From: Sulfurovaceae bacterium
GTDB lineage: Bacteria > Campylobacterota > Campylobacteria > Campylobacterales > Sulfurovaceae
Length of the DNA stretch: 64,000 bases
Assembly (NCBI GenBank): GCA_965215705.1
Contig: CBDCEE010000008.1
Coordinates: 226,001-290,000 of the forward strand
Reading direction: 5' to 3'
Every line of letters starts with the position of its first letter. Position 1 is the stretch's first letter. Of this stretch, positions 31,063 to 38,112 are shown piece by piece. The translations under genes were made by a program, and so were the position numbers. Below the pieces are notes generated by a model. The model did not search any database. It saw only the letters and a program-made list of their open reading frames with translations, and was not told where the DNA came from.

Positions 31063-31423
31063 TGTTTTTCCATATTTGGTGACGATATAGACATCCCCAC
31101 CAAAAGCCATACTTGCTATCAGCAAAGTAGCTATTGCCATCCATTTAAATTTCACACGTTGCATTCTCTTCCCCTTGTTTTAAACAATCAGCCAACACTG
31201 ATTAGACTAGATTAGGAGACATATCACCCCTAAAATGTATAATATTCTGGCTTTCGGTCATGATTATAACAAAAAAATGTCAAAAAAATATTAAATAATA
31301 ATAAAATATAGGATTTTTACACATTATTAAAATAATTTTACTGAATAACCAAATATATAGCATTTATTATAATACTTATCATAAAAAAAATTGATCTATT
31401 TTATTGCTGTAAAAAGAAGATGA

Positions 31424-31511
31424 TGGCTGAGAGGAAGGGATTCGAACCCTCGGTGGGTTACCCCACACAGACGTTCCAGGTCTGCACCTTCGACCACTCG
31501 GACACCTCTCA
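31424..31511 (-). tRNA. tRNA-Ser (anticodon GGA)
   Basis: 88 nt, cloverleaf folded by hand. The acceptor is TGAGAGG/CCTCTCA followed by G and CCA. The anticodon stem is CAGAC/GTCTG with loop CTGGAAC. There is a long variable arm GTGGG-gtaa-CCCAC and a T-loop TTCGAAT. Confidence 0.85.
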
Positions 31512-31600
31512 ACATATTTTGTAGAAGCAGAATTATAGCCAATCGTTTTTAAGATAGGGTAAATTTAATACCTTATAAGCACTTTTTCGTTATGATTCCG

Positions 31601-31708
31601 GTGCCTCTTCTCAGACCTGTGCAACGGTTTTGAGAGACAATGGGTCAGGATGGGAACATAGCAGCCCACCTCTCCTAGCTGGGTGCCGCAGCCATCTGGG
31701 GAGGGGTA
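31601..31708 (+). ncRNA. ffs: Small (4.5S-type) signal recognition particle RNA
   Basis: The domain IV signature is GGGTCAGG-ATG-GGAA-CAT-AGCAGCCCA, giving a GGAA tetraloop with flanking asymmetric and symmetric loops. It is closed by GAGAG/CTCTC and by a terminal stem CCTCTTCTCAGA/TCTGGGGAGGGG. A TATGAT -10 lies just upstream. The ends are approximate. Confidence 0.75.
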
Positions 31709-31775
31709 TTTATTATAGTGAATTTTAACCATTTCGCCTCTTCTTGTCAACCATTTTATGGTACAATATCATAGA

Positions 31776-31839
31776 TTACCAATTACCAATTACCAATTAC
31801 CAATTACCAATTACCAATTACCAATTACCAATTACCAAT
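31776..31839. repeat. Perfect heptanucleotide tandem repeat, (TTACCAA)x9.1 on plus, (TTGGTAA)n on minus
   Basis: Read directly from the sequence. It starts 1 nt after the rnhB stop codon (31841-31843) and lies about 70 nt downstream of the SRP RNA. Confidence 0.95.
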
Positions 31840-31840
31840 C

Positions 31841-32401
31841 TCATCCATCCAAACACTTCACCCTAAAACTTTTACGATGATGCTCACATCGTCCGTATTT
31901 TGCCAATGCCTCCATATGTGCTTTGGTCCCGTAGCCCTTGTGTTTGGTAAATCCATACTGTGGATACGCTGTATCAAATAACAACATCTCTCTATCATGG
32001 GTAACCTTGGCAAGGATACTGGCTGCACTTACCTCTGCGACTTTGGTATCTGCCTTGACCATCGTACGCAACTCCTCTACACCAAAGGTGCTATTGCCAT
32101 CAAAGAGATAGTCACACTCTCCTAGCGCACCTAGTATCTCAGTCAGCCCCTTTGTCATGCACTGAGATATTCCCAGTGTATCTACCGCAGCTGCAGAAAA
32201 AGAGACGATATGATAGAGACTGTTTTCAATGATCTGGGGATAGAGTGTTTCGCGTTTGGCTTCGGTGAGTTTCTTGGAGTCCATCAGCCCATCGACAGGT
32301 CTACGCAAAACCACCCCAGCGATCACCAGTGACCCCGCGATAGGCCCACGACCAGCCTCATCAATACCACATAAAGGAAGAGAGAAGAGAGAATTTTGCA
32401 T
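31841..32401 (-). CDS. rnhB: Ribonuclease HII
   Basis: 186 aa. GIDEAGRGP and the DSKKL-type motifs (MDSKKLT) are present. Confidence 0.9.
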   Translation of the reverse strand: MQNSLFSLPLCGIDEAGRGPIAGSLVIAGVVLRRPVDGLMDSKKLTEAKRETLYPQIIENSLYHIVSFSAAAVDTLGISQCMTKGLTEILGALGECDYLFDGNSTFGVEELRTMVKADTKVAEVSAASILAKVTHDREMLLFDTAYPQYGFTKHKGYGTKAHMEALAKYGRCEHHRKSFRVKCLDG

Positions 32402-32421
32402 ATTTTTCCTTAACTCCTATG

Positions 32422-32522
32422 ATTTGAGAGATTTCGCCCAATGCGACAAACCTTGCACCCAACCCTCGCAGAGGGCGCTTGCGTCTGCAAGGTGCAGGAG
32501 TATTGGGCGAAATCTCTCAAAT
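32422..32522. repeat. 101-nt element with perfect 21-bp terminal inverted repeats and nested internal stems
   Basis: The arm atttgagagatttcgcccaat (32422-32442) is the exact reverse complement of 32502-32522. Inside are ACCTTGCA/TGCAAGGT and CCCTC-gca-GAGGG stems. Confidence 0.85.
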
Positions 32523-32596
32523 TCCCCACACCATTAATCTTTTGTTTACTGACCATTGTCTCATAGTTAACGCTCATCGTCTATAATAACACTATC

Positions 32597-32635
32597 AGAA
32601 AGTTAAACGTTTGACTTTCTAACTTGTTTTTTGTT
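32597..32635 (+). terminator. Candidate intrinsic terminator (plus-strand sense): near-perfect 24-bp palindrome followed by a T-run
   Basis: The sequence reads AGAAAGTTAAAC|GTTTGACTTTCT, then aacTTGTTTTTTGTTT. The gene it would terminate is unclear. Confidence 0.35.
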
Positions 32636-32694
32636 TATACCGCACATAAAAAGAGATTTCCCCCCTTGTTTACAACTCCTTGTTTTTTCTCTTT

Positions 32695-33207
32695 TTATGG
32701 TTCTTCTTTTTTTTCCAGAAATGCCAGCATTTTTTTCTGCCCCATACGTTTGGCATAATCAGCTGCCGTCATCCCATAGTTGTCTGTACTACATATATCT
32801 GCACCTCTCTCGATCAGGTACGTGACGATCTCCATATCATTGAAAGAAGCTGCCAGTATCAAAGGTGTGATACCGCTCTTTCGTCGACTCCCAAAGAGAT
32901 CAACGCCACGTGCCTCACAAAGTGTGATCACATCCATACGCTTGTATTTGATCGCGATGTCCAAGGCACCGACACCCTCACGATTGACCTCCATGATATC
33001 TATCCCGGCATCCACCAGCATCTCTATCGCCTCCACTGAAGCACCATGACTGATCGCAAAGAAGAGTAGTGGCACCTCGTCAGGCTCATCCAGTTCATAC
33101 TCTTCACCCACGATCACCTCTTGGGAGAGATCCACTTCCCCCGCAGCCAGAATCTTACGCAGAGCGACAAGGTTGTCTCGTTGTAGTGCTTCTAGCAGTG
33201 CTTCCAC
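32695..33207 (-). CDS. Ankyrin-repeat protein
   Basis: 170 aa with three or four ANK-like repeats (G.TPL..A...G....V..L...GAD). Confidence 0.75.
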   Translation of the reverse strand: MEALLEALQRDNLVALRKILAAGEVDLSQEVIVGEEYELDEPDEVPLLFFAISHGASVEAIEMLVDAGIDIMEVNREGVGALDIAIKYKRMDVITLCEARGVDLFGSRRKSGITPLILAASFNDMEIVTYLIERGADICSTDNYGMTAADYAKRMGQKKMLAFLEKKEEP

Positions 33208-33524
33208 TAGGCATTGCCACCAAAAGGGTTGAGCCCACCAAACATACCCATGGCTTGGGATTTTTTATTGTCCTCCACCATACGCATCACATCATTGACT
33301 GTGCTGATCAAAAGTATCTGTAGAGACTCTTTATCTGAAAGCAGTGTCTCATCGATCGTGATATCGATCACCTCTCCTGTACCGTTGGCAGTCACTTCTA
33401 TCATGCCACCGCCACCCTTGGCAGTAAGTTGTATGGATTTGGACTGCTCCTGCATCGCAGCAGCTTTTTCCTGCATCTCCTCCATCATCTTGCCCATATT
33501 TTTAAGATCCATTCCTTCAAACAT
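33207..33524 (-). CDS. YbaB/EbfC family nucleoid-associated protein
   Basis: 105 aa. The pattern MMEEMQEKAAAMQE...GGGMIEVTANGTGEVIDITID is present. Confidence 0.8.
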   Translation of the reverse strand: MFEGMDLKNMGKMMEEMQEKAAAMQEQSKSIQLTAKGGGGMIEVTANGTGEVIDITIDETLLSDKESLQILLISTVNDVMRMVEDNKKSQAMGMFGGLNPFGGNA

Positions 33525-33892
33525 CAGCTGAGCCCTTTGAATGCTTGTGCAATGGCATTTTCATCATCCAGGATCACGATCTTTGGCTGATATGTATCCG
33601 CCTCTTCTTCACTCATAGTTGCATAGGCGATGATAATGATCTTATCCCCCTTGTGCACTTTTCTGGCAGCCGCACCGTTGAGGCAGATATCACGCTTGCC
33701 CCGCTCTCCCGGTATTGTATAGGTAGAAAAACGCTCACCGTTGTTGACATTGACGATATCTACCTTTTGTCCCACACGCATATGAGAAGCATCCAGCAGT
33801 GCTTGGTCGATCGTGATAGAGCCCACATAATTGAGGTTGGCATCGGTCACTGTAGCACGATGTATCTTACTATAGAGCATGGTAATATTCAT
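33524..33892 (-). CDS. panD: Aspartate 1-decarboxylase
   Basis: 122 aa. It has KIHRATVT and the self-processing YVGSITID site. Confidence 0.9.
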   Translation of the reverse strand: MNITMLYSKIHRATVTDANLNYVGSITIDQALLDASHMRVGQKVDIVNVNNGERFSTYTIPGERGKRDICLNGAAARKVHKGDKIIIIAYATMSEEEADTYQPKIVILDDENAIAQAFKGLS

Positions 33893-33946
33893 CTCGTTAT
33901 ACCCTTCTATTTAAAGTGGCATATTATACCAAAAATTCATCTGTAA

Positions 33947-34321
33947 CTACACCAGTGATGCAGGTACGATAGGTTCGCCCCAGAACTCATCTGCAATGAC
34001 ATATTCCTGAACCACATTACCACCAACAATATGCTCTTCGATGATCCTGTCGATCTTCTCTTTAGTCAGATTCACATACATGGTATGTCCCGGTTCTATG
34101 AGGATCACAGGACCCTGCTGACATCGGCTGAGACATCCTGTCTGTATAGGTAGCGCCGTGGCAATGAGCCCTTTACGCATCAATGATTGCCCCAGGTGCT
34201 GAAACAGCTCCTGCGACTCTGGGTTATTTTGGCTTACACAGCTTGGCTTTGGCATCCCGGGAGGAGCACTCTGTTGACACTTGAAAATATAAAACGCTGG
34301 TTGGGGCATAGCACCTATCAT
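33947..34321 (-). CDS. Thioredoxin-like [2Fe-2S] ferredoxin
   Basis: 124 aa. The Cys pattern is C..(11)..C...C...C (FKCQQ...PSCVS...GCLSRCQQGPV). Confidence 0.6.
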   Translation of the reverse strand: MIGAMPQPAFYIFKCQQSAPPGMPKPSCVSQNNPESQELFQHLGQSLMRKGLIATALPIQTGCLSRCQQGPVILIEPGHTMYVNLTKEKIDRIIEEHIVGGNVVQEYVIADEFWGEPIVPASLV

Positions 34322-34414
34322 GGTAAATCCTTTTTAATTAAGAGTCTTTTACTCTTTTATTCGCATTTTAGCAGAATTTTCTTAGAGATACAGGTGTAAC
34401 AATTAAGTAACAGG

Positions 34415-34428
34415 TTGACATATATCAA
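34415..34428 (+). promoter_or_regulatory. CRP/FNR-family binding box TTGAC-ATAT-ATCAA at class-II position
   Basis: The box sits within the larger palindrome CAGGTTGAcatataTCAACCTG. Its centre is 29.5 nt upstream of the first base of the TATAAT hexamer at 34451-34456. That equals -41.5 if transcription starts about 7 nt after the hexamer. Confidence 0.5.
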
Positions 34429-34485
34429 CCTGCCGTTTAGATTACTCTACTATAATTATCTCCTATTTTCATCCAGGAGATCCTT

Positions 34486-35094
34486 ATGCACTATCCTACA
34501 TTTTTTAATGCTATTCCTACTATCACTCTCTATGATCCACTAGGCGAATTTCTGGGAGCATTTGAGGACGGCATTGTAGAGATCAGCTACCTTGACTGTG
34601 CCAAACTGGCAGGACACTCCTGCCCCACTGTAGCCAGTGCCTATCTCATGGCGATAGCAGGACTTGCCAGTCTCTATCCTGACGGGCTCCCCCACAGAAG
34701 CCAGATCAGCATAGAGATGCAAGCCCCCAAAGCAGAAGGGGTTACCGGGGTCATCGGAAATGTCATCGCCTATATCGTTGGTGCCAATGATGAGGGTGGG
34801 TTCAAGGGTATCGGTGGTACCTTTAGCCGTAATGATCTTCTGAGTTTTGGAATCTCACAACTCACGGGCATGGTACGCCTCACCCGTATCGATACAGGAG
34901 ATTCCGTCACACTCAGCAGTGATACCAGCCAGGTACCGGGCTCTCCTGAGATGATGCCTCTCATGCAAAAAGCCATGCAAGGGGCAGCATCAGATGCAGA
35001 AAAAGCACAATTTCAAGCACTCTGGCAGGGGCGCGTAGAAGTGATGCTACTCAACAAAGATCTGCAAGATAAAATTATTACGATAAACAAATAA
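34486..35094 (+). CDS. Hypothetical protein, possibly FmdE-like (GH.CP motif)
   Basis: 202 aa. AKLAGHSCPTVASAYL resembles the HGHxCPG core of FmdE-domain proteins. The assignment is weak. Confidence 0.35.
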   Translation: MHYPTFFNAIPTITLYDPLGEFLGAFEDGIVEISYLDCAKLAGHSCPTVASAYLMAIAGLASLYPDGLPHRSQISIEMQAPKAEGVTGVIGNVIAYIVGANDEGGFKGIGGTFSRNDLLSFGISQLTGMVRLTRIDTGDSVTLSSDTSQVPGSPEMMPLMQKAMQGAASDAEKAQFQALWQGRVEVMLLNKDLQDKIITINK

Positions 35095-35107
35095 GGAGAG
35101 ACCTATT

Positions 35108-35548
35108 ATGATCATATCACAATACATGACACCAGAACACAGAGAATGCGACACCCTCTTTGCTAAAGCAGAAAGCTTTGTAGCCGGTGGAGACTGGGAG
35201 CAGGCAGAGCAAGCCTATATGCAGTTTGCCAACGAAACACTCTTGCACTTCAAAAAAGAAGAAGAGACACTCTTCCCTGCTTTTGAGAAGCAGACAGGCA
35301 GCGAGCAGGGGCCTGCACAGGTGATGCGTTTCGAGCATGAGCAGGTCAGAGGACTCATCGGAAAAATGGCAGAAGCAGTAGAGAAACAGGACAAAGATGC
35401 CTACCTCTCACTGGCAGAGTCTATGATGATCCTACTCCAGCAACACAATATGAAAGAAGAGCAGATGCTCTATGCGATGTGTGACCGTGTCATCCCTCAT
35501 GACGGCAGAGAGACATTGATTGAGACGATGAAGCAGGAGACACTTTGA
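35108..35548 (+). CDS. Hemerythrin (HHE cation-binding) domain protein
   Basis: 146 aa. It has paired H/E motifs (HRECD, HFKKEEE, FEHEQ, HNMKEEQ). Confidence 0.75.
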   Translation: MIISQYMTPEHRECDTLFAKAESFVAGGDWEQAEQAYMQFANETLLHFKKEEETLFPAFEKQTGSEQGPAQVMRFEHEQVRGLIGKMAEAVEKQDKDAYLSLAESMMILLQQHNMKEEQMLYAMCDRVIPHDGRETLIETMKQETL

Positions 35549-35796
35549 ATCGTATCACGCTAGATACCAGAGAGATGGAGCATCCCAAACCTCTGGAGTT
35601 GGCGATAGATGCCATCAGAGGGCTGGATGGGGACTCTTATCTCTATATGCTCAACCGCAAAAACCCTATCCCTCTTCTACGTTTGGCTGAGCAACATCAA
35701 TACCAAACACTCTCACAAGAAGTCTCCGAAGGCGAGTGGCGTATCCTCATCGCCAAGGACAAGGAGCTTCCTCTAGAGGAGTATCTGGATGTTTGA
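35545..35796 (+). CDS. DUF2249-family small protein
   Basis: 83 aa. LDTREMEHPKPL...LNRKNPIPLL...GEWRILIAK is the family pattern. Its TTG start overlaps the upstream stop (TTGA); an alternative ATG is at 35575. Confidence 0.6.
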   Translation: MNRITLDTREMEHPKPLELAIDAIRGLDGDSYLYMLNRKNPIPLLRLAEQHQYQTLSQEVSEGEWRILIAKDKELPLEEYLDV

Positions 35797-37072
35797 CCAA
35801 AACGGTCTTTCTCTTGATCAGGCACCTCCTGTCTCCGTCGTTTTTGGGCTCTTCTTAGTCGGTGCTCTCTCTGGGATACTTACAGGCATTGCCATACTCT
35901 ACTACCAAAGCACACTTTTTGACTTTAGTTCTACTGCTGCTGTGATCATCACCCACCTGATGACCTTGGGGGTAATGCTCTTTTTTATGCTGGGGGCACT
36001 TTTTCAAATGCTTCCTGTGATCGCAGGTGTTGTACTAGGTGCACCTATCCCTAGATCCAACCTCCTCAAGTTTCTACTCACGACTGGTCTCTTAACACTG
36101 CTGGGAGGCTTCGGGTTTCATGCCTCTTTTCTCTTTATGTTTGCCTCTATTTTATTGGGCTCTGCTCTGCTCTACATCAGTATTTTTATGGGAATCAGAC
36201 TTGTGAAGATCTCTCATCATAGTGCCTCCTCCAGAGGGATGCTCTTTAGTCTAGTTTCCTTGGGGATACTCACACTACTTGCACTCTATATGACCCTCAC
36301 CTATGCTGGCTTGTTTGATGGTGTCTATTTTCTACAGGCCAAGCAGATGCACTACAGTTTTGGGCTTTTTGGCTGGATAGGGCTACTGATCATCTCCATC
36401 TCTTTCCAAACCATAGAGATGTTCTATGTCACGCCTGCCTACCCTGCCATATTAAGCCGCTATACACCTGTAGCTATCGTAAGCCTACTGGTGCTGCTCT
36501 CTGTACTGATCCTCGTACAGAGCAAGGTAATGGTCTCTATACAGATGCTACTCTATCTTACTATGATCCTCTATGCCGGATATACCCTCCTACGACTCTC
36601 CCAACGCAAACGCCCTCTGGCAGATGCGACGATGTGGTTTTGGCGTACAGGTATGGGGAGCTTGATCCTGAGCATGCTGCTGCTTATCATAGAGATTTTC
36701 ATCCCCAATCATCTCTTGGTTTCGATAGCAGTGATACTCTTCAGCTCTTTTGTGCTGAGTGTACTCTTTGCCATGTTCTACAAGATCGTGCCCTTTCTGA
36801 CATGGTTCCACCTCAATGCACAGGGATACTTCACCGCTCCGATGATGCATGAAGTGATCCACCCTAAAACAGCCAAGAAACACTACTATATTCACTTAGT
36901 GACCCTAGGTCTATTTCTGCTCTCACTTTTTATACCACAGAGCATACTGCTGGCAGGCATAGGCATGATTCTCTCCTTTGGCTGGATAGGCTACCAGATC
37001 CTCCATGCCAACAAATGCTACAAGCATACACAGGAGACAGGAGAAAAATTTGATATGACGATGATGTCATAG
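35789..37072 (+). CDS. Polytopic (about 12 TM) membrane protein, possibly NnrS-like
   Basis: 427 aa with conserved-looking His residues inside TM segments (THLMTLG, MHYSFGLFGW). Its ATG overlaps the DUF2249 stop. The family assignment is uncertain. Confidence 0.4.
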   Translation: MFDQNGLSLDQAPPVSVVFGLFLVGALSGILTGIAILYYQSTLFDFSSTAAVIITHLMTLGVMLFFMLGALFQMLPVIAGVVLGAPIPRSNLLKFLLTTGLLTLLGGFGFHASFLFMFASILLGSALLYISIFMGIRLVKISHHSASSRGMLFSLVSLGILTLLALYMTLTYAGLFDGVYFLQAKQMHYSFGLFGWIGLLIISISFQTIEMFYVTPAYPAILSRYTPVAIVSLLVLLSVLILVQSKVMVSIQMLLYLTMILYAGYTLLRLSQRKRPLADATMWFWRTGMGSLILSMLLLIIEIFIPNHLLVSIAVILFSSFVLSVLFAMFYKIVPFLTWFHLNAQGYFTAPMMHEVIHPKTAKKHYYIHLVTLGLFLLSLFIPQSILLAGIGMILSFGWIGYQILHANKCYKHTQETGEKFDMTMMS

Positions 37073-37134
37073 CCTTGCACTACCCCAGTCAATTCAGATA
37101 CAATAGAGACATCTTTTGACAAAAGGGGTATCTC

Positions 37135-38112
37135 ATGAAATATCTACTCTGGGTTACTATACTCATCACACTCCAAGCATGTAGTACATCCTTAACAAAA
37201 AAGAACCAAGCACTCCCCACCAAACAGCATACCCCTGCATATTCTTTTCATCGTGTCTGGAAAATCATCTCTCAGTCTCCCTATACCACCCTACCACAAA
37301 CTAAAGTCTCCTACAGTAAACTGAGCGATCATAACCGAAACATCATCCTTGCTGATGCCAAACGTACACTTATGTCCCAGGCAGATATCCTGCCCTCATT
37401 TGAAAAGCTTGCACACCCTAACGGTATCTGCTTCGAGGGTATCTGGGAGATCACCCAACCCAACCCCTACAGTGGCTACTTCAAGCAGGGCGCTAAGGCA
37501 CTCATCATCGCCAGAGCCTCTTCTGCACTCTCCAACACCCACAGCGGAGAGATACGTTCCTTTGGTTTTGCGGGGAAGCTCTTCCCTACACTGAATAGAT
37601 CCAAAGTACCCAAGAGCCCTACTGCCAATTTCTTTCTCATTGATGATCTGGGAGGCACACGTGCCGCACGCTATACTGATGTTACACTGACCAATGCTCC
37701 CTCTCTAAGCTTCAACAGTGAGCTCCTCAAGCACCTCTTCTATGGGCTCAAAGTAAACGATGCTTTTGGTGAGGCCGACAAAAATCCAAAGATCAGACAA
37801 CTCTATGAGATCTCCTATCTAGGGACGAAAAAGCATACCCGGGTCATCACCCCCAGATGGATGAAGATCAAAGCCAGTGTTCACCTAAGAAAAGCAATGA
37901 ATGGACTAGATTTTCGTGATGAACTGAAGCTGGATCATGGAAAGAAATTGGTATTCAATATTTCTGTAGCCAGCAAAGAAAATGCAAAAAAGAAAGTCTG
38001 GAAAAGGATAGGAAAGATCACTTTGGATAGTGCTGTAAGCTCCTCAGCCTGTGATCGGAGACTTCATTTTCACCATCCTGCATGGAAAAAAGACTTGCAG
38101 TATCTACCTTGA
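37135..38112 (+). CDS. Lipoprotein with a catalase-like (y4iL-type) heme-domain signature
   Basis: 325 aa. The lipobox is TLQAC. HPNGICFEGIWEIT and ARASSALSNTHSGEIRSFGFAGKLFPT parallel the catalase H.KG..A.G.F.VT and RFS.V.G...D..RD.RGFA.KF motifs. Confidence 0.4.
   Translation: MKYLLWVTILITLQACSTSLTKKNQALPTKQHTPAYSFHRVWKIISQSPYTTLPQTKVSYSKLSDHNRNIILADAKRTLMSQADILPSFEKLAHPNGICFEGIWEITQPNPYSGYFKQGAKALIIARASSALSNTHSGEIRSFGFAGKLFPTLNRSKVPKSPTANFFLIDDLGGTRAARYTDVTLTNAPSLSFNSELLKHLFYGLKVNDAFGEADKNPKIRQLYEISYLGTKKHTRVITPRWMKIKASVHLRKAMNGLDFRDELKLDHGKKLVFNISVASKENAKKKVWKRIGKITLDSAVSSSACDRRLHFHHPAWKKDLQYLP

Larger units (their letters stand above)
23032..31164 (-). pseudogene. Giant repeat-rich surface adhesin (about 2,700 aa if contiguous), split as sequenced into a 45-aa signal-peptide ORF plus five ORFs
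   Basis: - The signal peptide MQRVKFKWMAIATLLIASMAFG starts at ATG 31162-31164 and is out of frame with the body (26853..31103) across a G7 tract.
- The body contains SdrD-B/Cna-B-like modules (GDFVWYDKDKNGIQD..., GDTVWMDDNGNGAQD...).
- It also carries five copies of a roughly 244-aa bipartite module.
- ORFs 26366..26833, 25297..26385, 24873..25337 and 23032..24852 continue the same protein after small indels. Confidence 0.8.

Noticed and set aside
31165-31511. tRNA-Ser adjacent to the adhesin locus could mark a genomic-island integration site.
   Set aside because: No integrase gene is present, I noticed no direct repeat of the tRNA 3' end, and there is no obvious compositional break. The flanking AT-rich segment looks like a promoter region.
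31565-31750. A 61-aa minus-strand ORF.
   Set aside because: It overlaps the SRP RNA on the opposite strand and has no RBS or family resemblance.
32631-32825. A 64-aa plus-strand ORF, plus a 14-aa minus-strand mini-ORF near the palindrome, as a possible toxin or leader peptide.
   Set aside because: The ORF overlaps the ankyrin gene in antisense. No convincing RBS or start context is present, and conservation cannot be judged.
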